A stretch of 64,000 nucleotides of DNA from Candidatus Dojkabacteria bacterium (GTDB lineage: Bacteria; Patescibacteriota; Dojkabacteria; J137), in assembly GCA_025999215.1 (NCBI GenBank), contig AP024679.1, positions 711,457 through 775,456 of the forward strand. Reading direction: 5' to 3'. A program made the position numbers and the translations under genes. The notes beneath the pieces were generated by a model. The model worked only from the letters and a program-made list of their open reading frames with translations, did not search any database and was not told where the DNA came from. How positions within the stretch are numbered: the first letter of the stretch is position 1; every line of letters starts with the position of its first letter. Below, in pieces: positions 1 to 9,073 of the stretch.

Positions 1-481
1 ACCAAAACGTACCAGCATCTTTTGGTGTAAATTCATATACGAAACTATCACCTGGCTCAATTGGATCTTGGTTTATTCCGGGAACACCATCCATTGCATT
101 AGGAACTCGTACTCCATGCCAATGGATTGTTGTTTCATCGGGTAGATTATTAGTAAAATTTACTTTGAGTGTATCACCTAGCTTTATTCTAATTTCTGGA
201 CCTGGCACAGAGCCGTTATAGTTCCAAACCTTAGTCTTGTATCCATCAAAAATTTCTATTTCACCTTCCGATGCTTCTAGATCTATTTCGACTACGTTGC
301 CATTTTCTTCTATATCTTCTGTATAAGCAATCCCAAATTCATCTCTAAGAGATTCTGCTGAAATATTTTCTGATTTAGAGCCAATAGTAATGGATACTAA
401 ACCCAATATTGCAATTAAAACCATAATTATTAGAAATTTAGCATAATTTTTGATCTTGTGTATATTTAATCTGATAGTCAT
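1..481 (-). CDS. Multicopper oxidase (CopA/CueO-like), N-terminal part. The gene continues beyond the window start.
   Basis: Reverse translation from the ATG at 479-481 gives MTIRLNIHKIKNYAKFLIIMVLIAILGLVS (signal anchor) ... TIHWHGVRVPNAMDGVPGINQDPIEPGDSFVYEFTPKDAGTFWYH. The HWHG...DG and WYH motifs are the type-2/3 copper sites of multicopper oxidases. It is not in the ORF track because it is truncated. Confidence 0.8.
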   Translation of the reverse strand, partial: MTIRLNIHKIKNYAKFLIIMVLIAILGLVSITIGSKSENISAESLRDEFGIAYTEDIEENGNVVEIDLEASEGEIEIFDGYKTKVWNYNGSVPGPEIRIKLGDTLKVNFTNNLPDETTIHWHGVRVPNAMDGVPGINQDPIEPGDSFVYEFTPKDAGTFW

Positions 482-508
482 ATTTTATTTATTATAATAT
501 TTAGTATG

Positions 509-1273
509 CTATTCTATATATTCTTTTTTTTCAAAATGCCTGGCACGTTCTAAGTAAAGTTTTTTGTCATCAACATTGAATACTCTCTCAATGGTCGAAT
601 GACCTGCACTAGTTGTGACTTCATAGTTGTATCCTGGAAATCTTGCTTTTGCATCAAAAAGTAGATGTGAAGGTTTATAGACTTTTGAAGATATGTTCCA
701 CGAAAATACAATAAAGCACATAAATAGGATTGAAAAAACAAATGTCCAAATAATTGGCTTAATATAAATTATCGGACTTATAAATTGATTGAAGGAATTT
801 AGATATGGAAACATAGCAAATGCAACTCCAATTCCAAATAATGTCCCTGTAATACTTCGCATCAAATTGGTGCTCTCGTAGAAAGGTAAACCACTTCCAC
901 CGTAACTAGTCATTTCAGCGATTGCCTGAATTACTCCATCCATCCCCAGAGGTATTATGAAAATTACTGCAAATATTACTGCTGTAAAAGGCTTAAGTGG
1001 TTTTAAGTTTTTTATATAAATAAGCAAAGAAGCAATTGCCATGGAACCAAACATCAGCATCATCCTTGCATCCATTGCTAGTTGATAGTCAAATAAGTGA
1101 TATGACCTCCATGGTCTTTGGTGGCAGAACCACTGATAGATCCAATAAATTGGATCTGCAATAAAATTAAGATTAAGATATGCTGCTATTGGTGCAATAA
1201 TTGGCAATAATGTAAATATAAATAAAAATACACTTAGCCCAAATAAAATTTTACGTTCAAAGCTATTCTTCAT
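509..1273 (-). CDS. Integral membrane protein, DUF2085-like (CHQRPWRSY motif)
   Basis: 254-aa ORF with multiple TM segments. The conserved CHQ-R-(P)-RS segment is typical of DUF2085 membrane proteins. It sits inside the copper gene cluster. Confidence 0.45.
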   Translation of the reverse strand: MKNSFERKILFGLSVFLFIFTLLPIIAPIAAYLNLNFIADPIYWIYQWFCHQRPWRSYHLFDYQLAMDARMMLMFGSMAIASLLIYIKNLKPLKPFTAVIFAVIFIIPLGMDGVIQAIAEMTSYGGSGLPFYESTNLMRSITGTLFGIGVAFAMFPYLNSFNQFISPIIYIKPIIWTFVFSILFMCFIVFSWNISSKVYKPSHLLFDAKARFPGYNYEVTTSAGHSTIERVFNVDDKKLYLERARHFEKKEYIE

Positions 1274-1941
1274 TAATTGTCTATCTTATATTCACAAATA
1301 TAATTGTTGCTATTTATACCCAAATTCATTTCCCTAGGTATAAAATTTTTTAAAAGTAAGAAACCAGAAATAGTAAAAATACTAAGACTTAAGTATTTAA
1401 GATTTCTAAAAAATCTTTCATTAATTTTAATTGTTTTTCTACCTATTATTAAGATATATGATTTGTTCAAATCACAAATGCCTAATATCTTAGGAGCCGT
1501 CTCAAAAAGAGAAATTAAAAATAAAATCAGAGCTAGAATTTTTAATTCGATACCTCCAAAAGGGAGTGTTCCTATTGCAGAACTAATTCCAGCAACAGGA
1601 ATAAGAAGCGAGCCACATATATAACATCCTGATGTTCCAACAGTAAAAATCAATGAACTTGTTGATTGAATAGAACTAAGCCCATTAAACTGTTTCTGTT
1701 TAGAAAATAAAAAAAATATGAATGTAATTGCAAGTCCACCAAATACTGCGTTTAAAACACTTAAGACGATCTGCAAAATTATAAAAATACTACTATTAGC
1801 CATAATGAACATATTTATTGAAACCGAGAACTCTATAGCTATGGAATACATTCCTAAAATTATTACAGTGGTGATTATAAAAAATGTAAACCATTTTCTT
1901 TCACCTAAAACTGATTTTGTAGCTTCTAATAGTTGTGTCAT
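1273..1941 (-). CDS. Hypothetical polytopic membrane protein
   Basis: 222-aa hydrophobic ORF. Its stop overlaps the start of the downstream gene in an ATGA-type overlap, and it lies in the same operon orientation as the copper genes. Confidence 0.5.
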   Translation of the reverse strand: MTQLLEATKSVLGERKWFTFFIITTVIILGMYSIAIEFSVSINMFIMANSSIFIILQIVLSVLNAVFGGLAITFIFFLFSKQKQFNGLSSIQSTSSLIFTVGTSGCYICGSLLIPVAGISSAIGTLPFGGIELKILALILFLISLFETAPKILGICDLNKSYILIIGRKTIKINERFFRNLKYLSLSIFTISGFLLLKNFIPREMNLGINSNNYICEYKIDN

Positions 1942-2041
1942 TTTATAAAAACTTTAACTTTTCTAAATAATTCTTTTTTCCACATTGTACTTATATATAA
2001 AATTTATACCTATGATATAAAATTATTTTAATGTTTAAAAA

Positions 2042-2263
2042 CTAAATAACCTCGTATAATTCTGTTTTATTAATTTTATCAATTATTTTTCGTATATCAT
2101 GTTCATCCATATTTTTTAGTACAATAACACCTTGATTATTAGCCTCCAATTCGATTTTCTCTATATTCTCCTCCAAGTCCATTTCTTCTAACTCCACTCT
2201 TATTAACATCTTACAAGCATTACAATGCATACCCTTTACTCTGATTTTTATTTTTTTGCTCAT
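2042..2263 (-). CDS. copZ: Heavy-metal-associated (HMA) copper chaperone, CopZ-like
   Basis: 73 aa with a GMHCNAC (MxCxxC) metal-binding motif near the N-terminus, typical of the HMA ferredoxin-like fold. Confidence 0.75.
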   Translation of the reverse strand: MSKKIKIRVKGMHCNACKMLIRVELEEMDLEENIEKIELEANNQGVIVLKNMDEHDIRKIIDKINKTELYEVI

Positions 2264-2283
2264 ATTTTTTGCGTTATAAAAAA

Positions 2284-3735
2284 TTAAATAACGTTTATTA
2301 TAATTGGTTTAACCATGCCCATTGAACAAGTTAGTTTATATTTTCCTTCTTTTGGGATACCAAGATCAATGACATTTTCACCGTTTTTTAACCAAACGAA
2401 CCCATCAAACAAACCTGTAGCAGTTATGGCAGCTCCGCACCCTTGAACTCCTTGATTATCAACAAAGAACTTTGCAGGTATTCCAGCTTTTAAAGTCATT
2501 GATGATGTAGGTATATACTCAAAACCTTTTGCAATAATTGAAATTTGTTGAATACCTTCACTATTTATGCCAACTGCATCTAAATTAGAGCTTATTTCAG
2601 AAGAAAAAAATTCTATATCACTTAAGCTTGGTAAACCTAAAACATTTAATTGCCCATTAATGTTGTAAATCGCGAAGAAAATTACAATCAACCCGGCAAC
2701 CACATTAAATTTTGCAGTTAAATCTGGCCTTCTATTAAACACTACCCCACTGTAGCTTATGCCCATAAGAACAGGCAAGGTTCCAAGCGCAAAAGAAATC
2801 ATAATTAAAGATCCTTGTAATATAGAACCGCTTGTTAAAGCTAAAGTTTGTGCAATCAAAGTAAAACCGCAAGGCAAGAAAAATGTAGATGCGCCAATAA
2901 AAAAAGGCATGTATTTCCCTTTGAAGCTTGATTCATCTGCAATTAGTTTACTGAATGCTTTTGGTGTACCAAATCTAAACCTTTGAGCCCACTCTACACC
3001 AATCATTTGCAAAGCCAAAATAAACATAATGATAGATACTAATATAGTAATTAATGCATAGAAATAGTTGTTACTCAAAGAAATAGATTCACCGAGCAAA
3101 CCTAGAAAACCACCAAACAATCCGAAAGAAATCAACCTCCCTGAATGAAATAAGATATGAGGGCTAGCTTTTTCGAAGTTAGATTCAGAATCAATATAAA
3201 GCTCATTCCACTGCTTTATCATCGACAGTAAAACACCACCAACAAGCGCGGCACAACTTGAAAGGCTCGCCACAATACCAAAAACAAAAAATGCAGCAAT
3301 AGATGAGTTTGAATCTACGTTTATATATCTACCTAAACTTAAATTTTCAATACCAAAGAAAATTATTAGGAATGAAATAAAGAAAAATACAATTTTAAAA
3401 AAGTTTTTTAACTTTGAATGATTTATGATTAATTCTCCATTTTTTACTGAAAACAAAGGTAAATCATTTCGTTTTATTTTTTTTGTGTTAAATTTGTAAC
3501 CTAACTCACTAAATTCTTCATTCAATTTTTGAATATTTGGTTGATAATTTCCAACATAACGTATTTCTACCTTTCTTCCTTTTAATGATGCATCAACTGC
3601 TTGTATACCTTCTTGTTTTAGAAGTTTTTTTTCAAGAAGTACTTCACAAGAAGCGCAATGCATTCCATCAACAAATAATGTGCAAGTTTTAACACGATTG
3701 TTTTTACTTTTAGATTTTACTTTCTTTTTGCCCAT
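2284..3735 (-). CDS. HMA-domain membrane protein: N-terminal HMA (GMHCASC) fused to a DsbD_2/TauE-like polytopic permease with intramembrane Cys motifs and a C-terminal soluble Cys/Met-containing beta-rich domain
   Basis: 483 aa. An N-terminal MxCxxC motif is followed by about 8 predicted TM helices carrying SSCAALVGG and FLPCGFTL motifs. The last roughly 100 aa (QGCGAA...TCSMGM) are soluble. Confidence 0.6.
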   Translation of the reverse strand: MGKKKVKSKSKNNRVKTCTLFVDGMHCASCEVLLEKKLLKQEGIQAVDASLKGRKVEIRYVGNYQPNIQKLNEEFSELGYKFNTKKIKRNDLPLFSVKNGELIINHSKLKNFFKIVFFFISFLIIFFGIENLSLGRYINVDSNSSIAAFFVFGIVASLSSCAALVGGVLLSMIKQWNELYIDSESNFEKASPHILFHSGRLISFGLFGGFLGLLGESISLSNNYFYALITILVSIIMFILALQMIGVEWAQRFRFGTPKAFSKLIADESSFKGKYMPFFIGASTFFLPCGFTLIAQTLALTSGSILQGSLIMISFALGTLPVLMGISYSGVVFNRRPDLTAKFNVVAGLIVIFFAIYNINGQLNVLGLPSLSDIEFFSSEISSNLDAVGINSEGIQQISIIAKGFEYIPTSSMTLKAGIPAKFFVDNQGVQGCGAAITATGLFDGFVWLKNGENVIDLGIPKEGKYKLTCSMGMVKPIIINVI

Positions 3736-3743
3736 AAAATATT

Positions 3744-4022
3744 TTATTTGTAATCAAATAAACGCAATAATTCGTCTCTGGTTTTATCTTCTTGTCCATT
3801 TTTAATTTGGTGAACTACGCATGTTTTTAAGTGATCTTCTATAATTAACAAGTCTAGCTTCTTTAGTGCACTTTGAACTGCTCTTGATTGATGAACAATA
3901 TCTACACAATACTCTTCATCCTCAATCATCTGCTGAATTTTTTGAAGATGACCTTGAATTATTTTTATTCTATGAATAGCTTTTTCTTTAACATTATGTC
4001 GTGAAATAGTTTTTTTCTTCAT
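3744..4022 (-). CDS. csoR: CsoR/RcnR-family metal-sensing transcriptional repressor (copper-sensitive operon repressor)
   Basis: 92 aa. It carries the R-x-x-G-H-L-x-x-x-x-x-M, C-x-D-x-x-x-Q-x-x-A and H-L-x-x-C signature of the CsoR family (the C-H-C ligand set). It is the first gene of the copper operon. Confidence 0.8.
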   Translation of the reverse strand: MKKKTISRHNVKEKAIHRIKIIQGHLQKIQQMIEDEEYCVDIVHQSRAVQSALKKLDLLIIEDHLKTCVVHQIKNGQEDKTRDELLRLFDYK

Positions 4023-4039
4023 TTTTAATCATTAATAAG

Positions 4040-4087
4040 TAATCCCCTCTACCAGGATAGGTTATAATGTTTTTTAGAAAAAGTCAA
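4040..4087 (-). promoter_or_regulatory. Candidate promoter plus CsoR operator upstream of csoR
   Basis: On the minus strand there is TTGACT (plus-strand 4082-4087), a 15-nt spacer, then TATAAC (4061-4066). A locally GC-rich pseudo-palindrome, TAATCCCCTCTACCAGGATAGGTTA (4040-4065), sits between the -10 element and the start codon. It resembles the GC-rich inverted repeats bound by CsoR. Confidence 0.25.
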
Positions 4088-4120
4088 CATATTTCCAAAA
4101 ATTTATTTAAAGGAAAATAA

Positions 4121-4195
4121 TGGAGCGAGCAACGGGACTCGAACCCGTATCTCCTGCTTGGAAGGCAGGGATAATAGCCATTATACGATGCTCGC
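4121..4195 (-). tRNA. tRNA-Gly (anticodon TCC), CCA encoded
   Basis: The reverse complement is GCGAGCATCGTATAATGGCTATTATCCCTGCCTTCCAAGCAGGAGATACGGGTTCGAGTCCCGTTGCTCGCTCCA. It has a 7-bp acceptor stem, an anticodon stem CCTGC/GCAGG with loop CTTCCAA, and a T-arm ACGGG-TTCGAGT-CCCGT. Coordinates may be off by one. Confidence 0.85.
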
Positions 4196-4300
4196 TTGAA
4201 CGTAGTCTATTTAATTATAATACTGCTCATCTCAATTTTCAATATATCTCTAAACACCTTAACCTAACAACAAAGTTTCAAACCTTTTTTAAAATTAGTT

Positions 4301-5107
4301 TTAATTGACTCTTTCTAACTGTTCTTCAATAACTTGTTTAAATACGCTGTACGGTTGTGCTCCAGCAACATTTACGCCATCAACATTTCCGTTTTCATCT
4401 AATACACCTATTATAAATCCTGGGGTTCCATTGATTCCAGCTGCAGTTCCATCTTGTATATCTCTTTGTATTTCATCCAAAAATTTATCTGATGCAACAC
4501 AGTTTTTAACTTCATCCTGATTTACTCCAATTTGACTTGCAAGAGTATATAGTTGGTCTTCTTTCATTCCATTTCCGTTAGAATTTGTTGTCTCAAAAAT
4601 TAATTTTGAATATTCAAAGTACTTATCATCTCCAGCAATATCTTGTACACACTCTGCAGCTAGTGCTTGAGTTGTTGCCAACGGATCATGAAAACTCAAA
4701 GGGAAATCTCTGTAAACTATGATTGCTTTTCCAGTATTTACAAATTCTTCTACTATCTGATCAAAAGTTTCCTGGTGATGCCTCTTACAGAATGGACATT
4801 CATAGTCGCTAAATTCAACTATAGCAACTTTAGCTTTATTTCTATCACCTAGTACTGGATCATCATCAATTGATACCTGAGCTTTTACATTAGCATCATC
4901 TGGCACAACAACTGGATCCGCAACATTAGAGCCTGCATCTGATGTTTCTTTTGTATTTATTTGTACATTCTTAAAACTAAAGTAAAAAGATAGTGAAAGT
5001 GATAATGATAAGATAATTGATGAAAGTAAAATTGATGCAGGAGTTAATATCTGTTCTACAGAAAGCTTTATTACTTTTTCATCTGTTGTGTTTTTTTTTC
5101 TTGCCAT
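4301..5107 (-). CDS. DsbA-family thiol:disulfide oxidoreductase (membrane-anchored, extracytoplasmic)
   Basis: 268 aa with an N-terminal TM anchor. The thioredoxin-fold active site is YECPFCKRHH, and the C-terminal GINGTPGFIIG (cis-Pro loop) is typical of DsbA. Confidence 0.75.
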   Translation of the reverse strand: MARKKNTTDEKVIKLSVEQILTPASILLSSIILSLSLSLSFYFSFKNVQINTKETSDAGSNVADPVVVPDDANVKAQVSIDDDPVLGDRNKAKVAIVEFSDYECPFCKRHHQETFDQIVEEFVNTGKAIIVYRDFPLSFHDPLATTQALAAECVQDIAGDDKYFEYSKLIFETTNSNGNGMKEDQLYTLASQIGVNQDEVKNCVASDKFLDEIQRDIQDGTAAGINGTPGFIIGVLDENGNVDGVNVAGAQPYSVFKQVIEEQLERVN

Positions 5108-5160
5108 AAAATTAAAAATAAAAGTTAACTATTAAAATTCTTATTTATTCTAACACTATT

Positions 5161-5871
5161 TTAAATTTTGTCAAAATTTTTTATTTTTCCACTTTCCATA
5201 TAAATTATTCTATCTGTTTTTTCGGCAATTTCTTGATCATGAGTCACTACTACCAAGGTAACACCTAATTCGTGATTCAGTTTAACCATTAAATCAAAAA
5301 TTTCGAAAGCTGTTTTTCTGTCTAAATTTCCAGTTGGTTCATCCGCCCAAATGACTTCAGGTGAATGAACTAATGCTCTAGCAATCGTAACCCTTTGCTT
5401 TTGGCCACCAGACAATTCATTTGGCTTATGATAGTATCTTTCACTAAGCCCGACTTTGTCTAACATTAATTTTGCCTTTTTTCTTGCTTCTTTGGGCTTG
5501 TAACCATTTAGTAATAACGGTAACTCAACATTTTCAAGTGCATTCAAAACTGGTATTAAATTAAAACTTTGAAATATAAAACCCATTTTCTGTGATCTGT
5601 ATTTTGTTTTTTTATTGTCTGACATCTTTTGCAAGTTTTGTCTTGCTATCCAAATTTCACCTCTAGTTGCATCATCTATACCTGAAATACAGTTTAGTAA
5701 AGTTGTTTTTCCGCTTCCTGATGGCCCCATGATTGTTAGTGCTTCTCCTTTTCTAATTTGTAAATTTATATCAGATAAAGCAACTACCTCATTTGGCATT
5801 CCTTTGTTAAAAATTTTTACAACATTTTTTGCTTCTATCAAAAAATCATTGTTTTCTTGTTTTTGCTTCAT
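5161..5871 (-). CDS. ABC transporter ATP-binding protein (MacB/LolD family)
   Basis: Walker A GPSGSGKTT, the LSGGQKQRVTIARAL signature, Walker B VIWADEPTGNLD, and the H-loop VVVTHD. Confidence 0.85.
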   Translation of the reverse strand: MKQKQENNDFLIEAKNVVKIFNKGMPNEVVALSDINLQIRKGEALTIMGPSGSGKTTLLNCISGIDDATRGEIWIARQNLQKMSDNKKTKYRSQKMGFIFQSFNLIPVLNALENVELPLLLNGYKPKEARKKAKLMLDKVGLSERYYHKPNELSGGQKQRVTIARALVHSPEVIWADEPTGNLDRKTAFEIFDLMVKLNHELGVTLVVVTHDQEIAEKTDRIIYMESGKIKNFDKI

Positions 5872-5887
5872 AATTGTATTTTAAAAT

Positions 5888-8800
5888 TTATTCTACATAA
5901 TTTGTCGCCTCTACGGGACTTAATTTAGAGGCTTTAATTGACGGCAGTAATGCAAACAACATTGAGAATAAGTAAATCAATATTGCAATAAAAATAATCT
6001 CACCCCAAGGAACAATTATACTCAAATTAGGATTCTCCTCTCCAACAGAATTAAAAATTGTAACAGTACCTATCACACCCATTGCAACGCCCAAAATTAT
6101 TGCAATTGTTGCAATAAAAGTAGATTCGATAAAAAACATCAAAAGAATCATTTGTTTTTGAAATCCAAGGCTTCTTAACATTCCAATTTGTTGTTTTCTC
6201 TCATTAACTGATCTTGTGATAATTATAGCTAGGCCTGAAGCCCCCACAATTAAACTAAACGCTAAAAATCCTTGAGTTAACCTATATAAACTTTTAATAA
6301 AACTCAAGAAAGATTCTGATAAATCGTTAACATCAAAAAAAGCAACAATATTATAGTTACTTAACTTTTCTTTTAAAGTTTTTTTAACTTCCTCAGACAC
6401 TTCATTATTAATATCAACCAAAATTTGAGCATCTGAACTCTCATAAACTGTATCTAAACCGAAATCCTCAATTACAGTATTTTCAGGAATGATTAAATAT
6501 TCCAAAACAGTAAAACCTCTCTGTACTGTATTTGGCTCCAATATTCCTATCACCTCTTTTTCTACAATTTTTGTGTTAGTCAAGTCGCTAATTTTAATTT
6601 TATCTCCCACTTTAAAGTTTGGCATTGGGCCATAGCCTTGACTGTTAAAGGCAGTTCCTAAAACCACATAATCTTTGTTCCCAAACAAAGCATCCCAAAC
6701 TTCACTTTCATTTTGAAAAGTTTCTTTAAATTCTAAAAAATTTAGATCAAGTAGATTAATGTATTCTCTGCTAACCACGTTAATTTTAGTTGAAAAATTA
6801 TCTTCAGGTTTGAAAATGGGCGCTTGATTAGGATTACCAAAATATGGTTTGTTTTCAAGATCTTTATACTTAATATTTGGAAATTCTATGTTCATATTTA
6901 TAACTTTTTCTACACCAATTACATTTTCTGTTTTTTCAATATCGATAATCAAATCTTCTATACCTTCAAACAACTCTCTAGTTATTGTATTTGGTACAAT
7001 AACTAGCTCATATCCACCAAGATTTTTACTTACTTCGTTATCCGCCAAACTATCTACAGAAGCCTTTTCAATGCTGATAAAAGATATTAAAAATATAACC
7101 AATGAAAACATTAGCAGGGTAAAACCAGTTCTAGATCTGTTAAATGATGGATACCTTAATCCCATCATAAATACAGGTATTAGTTTTGATGCTGGTGAAA
7201 AAATTATTTTAATAAGTTTAGTTATAGCAACCAAATTAAATGATGTAATAATTGCTGAAGCTACAACTAAATTAACCCCAGAAATAAATATTAAACCTAC
7301 AGCTTCTTCGTATTTTAGCAGTTTAGTCAAGTAAGAAATTTCAGGCATCATTACAGTTACAACTATCAATGTTATCAAGCTCAAAGTGTAATAGAAACTA
7401 AGCATATCTTTTTTAAAGATCAGCCATGTAATTCTTCCTAAAAGTATTGCTCCAAAAATCAAAGCCCCAGTCAAACCAAGATAAAACGAATAACCTTGAA
7501 AAACCTCAGTATACCTTTGAACTTCTTGTTCGTTTAACCCTTGAAAAAAGCTATCTTTAAAATTTTCAATAAAAAATGTAAAAATAAATAAGGTCAAAAA
7601 ATTTATTGTTAAAAGGAAAATACCAAGAGTCCCTAGTATCCATTTTAAATTGATCTTTTTTGCTTTTTCTTCGCTCAAATCACGAATAGCGCTGACTATA
7701 GAAAAATTTGATATTCTCAAACTTACAAAGAGCGTAGTCAATATTGTAATAATTGATCCAACACAAAAAGCAATAACAAGACTTTCTAAATCAAAATCAA
7801 ACACTATTTCCAAATCCAATGAATTTGTAGATTTTAAAATTCCTTGAAAAGAACTTTGCAAAAAGTACGTTATCAAATAACCAATCCCCACACCAACTAT
7901 CACCCCAACGAATGATGAAATTAATGAATATATTGCACCCTCTATTACGAATGATAATGCTAATTTTCTTTTCGTTAAAGCAATTGCTCTCAATATGCCC
8001 ATCTCAAATTTTCTTTCGCTAGCTAACATCATGTATAAATTTATAATCAACAAAATTCCTGCCAAAATACCAAACATACTCAAAGCAATGAACATTGTAA
8101 CAAAAATTTTTAATCCATAACCATCGAGTGCTTCTTGTTTGATTTCATCTACAATCATAACTCTATCTTGAGTGGTAAATTCGTTAAAAATTGAAGATAA
8201 AATATTCGAAAAATTTATTGCATCATAATCATCAGGTATCACACCACCAACATGAGATATGAAAAAATAATTATATTTAGGTGAATTAAAATTTAAATTT
8301 TGTGCAACATAATAAATATCAGCAAAAATTTTTTCACCTCCCATCACTCCCTTTTCATCAGAAATATATTCAACTTTTAAAATTAATGGCTTATTACCTA
8401 AAATTACTCTAACCTCATCGCCAACTCTTAAATCCATTTTCTCAGAATACTCCTTTGAAATTACTATTCCATTTTGATTTTTAAAATTATTTACTTGTAT
8501 ACTTGAACTTCCAAAATTTTTTAATTGTTCAAAATCAATTCCGTAAAAATCAACCCCAAAAAAATTGTCAATTGTGGAGCCATCTATGTTCATTCTAATT
8601 TTTTGAGGAGACACTTGTAAGTATATCGCTGGCAAAAACCCATCAACTTGCCCAGTTTGTTGTAATTTGTTCGATATCTCATCAACTTCCGATTGTGTTA
8701 AAAATTTTTCAAAATAATTTTGATTTGCAAAAACTTGAGCATTTGCATCAACTTCACCAACTCTATTCTTTACTATCTTTAAAAAAGTAGCATCAAGACT

Positions 8801-8998
8801 ATCAGACATTACAAGAGCTCCGCAAATTAATGCTGTACCTACCATAGACCCTAAAACTACTAGTGCTGTATTACCTATCCTTCGTCTGACATTTCTAACA
8901 CCTACCTTTCTAGGTATTGGATTTAAAAGAGAAAGGGAAAATAAGGTAAAAATTATAAAACCAAAAATTATAAAAATAATTGTAGATACCATAAACAC
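5888..8998 (-). CDS. ABC transporter permease, FtsX/MacB-like with two FtsX-type 4-TM modules and large extracytoplasmic domains
   Basis: 1036 aa. It has two hydrophobic 4-helix bundles separated by a long soluble region, and it immediately follows the MacB-type ATPase. Confidence 0.75.
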   Translation of the reverse strand: MFMVSTIIFIIFGFIIFTLFSLSLLNPIPRKVGVRNVRRRIGNTALVVLGSMVGTALICGALVMSDSLDATFLKIVKNRVGEVDANAQVFANQNYFEKFLTQSEVDEISNKLQQTGQVDGFLPAIYLQVSPQKIRMNIDGSTIDNFFGVDFYGIDFEQLKNFGSSSIQVNNFKNQNGIVISKEYSEKMDLRVGDEVRVILGNKPLILKVEYISDEKGVMGGEKIFADIYYVAQNLNFNSPKYNYFFISHVGGVIPDDYDAINFSNILSSIFNEFTTQDRVMIVDEIKQEALDGYGLKIFVTMFIALSMFGILAGILLIINLYMMLASERKFEMGILRAIALTKRKLALSFVIEGAIYSLISSFVGVIVGVGIGYLITYFLQSSFQGILKSTNSLDLEIVFDFDLESLVIAFCVGSIITILTTLFVSLRISNFSIVSAIRDLSEEKAKKINLKWILGTLGIFLLTINFLTLFIFTFFIENFKDSFFQGLNEQEVQRYTEVFQGYSFYLGLTGALIFGAILLGRITWLIFKKDMLSFYYTLSLITLIVVTVMMPEISYLTKLLKYEEAVGLIFISGVNLVVASAIITSFNLVAITKLIKIIFSPASKLIPVFMMGLRYPSFNRSRTGFTLLMFSLVIFLISFISIEKASVDSLADNEVSKNLGGYELVIVPNTITRELFEGIEDLIIDIEKTENVIGVEKVINMNIEFPNIKYKDLENKPYFGNPNQAPIFKPEDNFSTKINVVSREYINLLDLNFLEFKETFQNESEVWDALFGNKDYVVLGTAFNSQGYGPMPNFKVGDKIKISDLTNTKIVEKEVIGILEPNTVQRGFTVLEYLIIPENTVIEDFGLDTVYESSDAQILVDINNEVSEEVKKTLKEKLSNYNIVAFFDVNDLSESFLSFIKSLYRLTQGFLAFSLIVGASGLAIIITRSVNERKQQIGMLRSLGFQKQMILLMFFIESTFIATIAIILGVAMGVIGTVTIFNSVGEENPNLSIIVPWGEIIFIAILIYLFSMLFALLPSIKASKLSPVEATNYVE

Positions 8999-9073
8999 AT
9001 CTTAATACTTTTTAGTTATTTTTTCAATGTCGTTTGATTTGCCATTGTTAAGATATTTAAAGTAATATTATTT

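Noticed and set aside
1304-1948. Plus-strand ORFs 1304..1624 and 1718..1948, and similar antisense ORFs inside large genes (e.g. 2759..2986, 6849..7334, 39597..40380, 43451..43891, 48656..48994, 58899..59342)
   Set aside because: They lie entirely within and antisense to well-supported conserved genes. They have low-complexity I/L/F/K-rich translations expected from AT-rich reverse frames, and no motifs.
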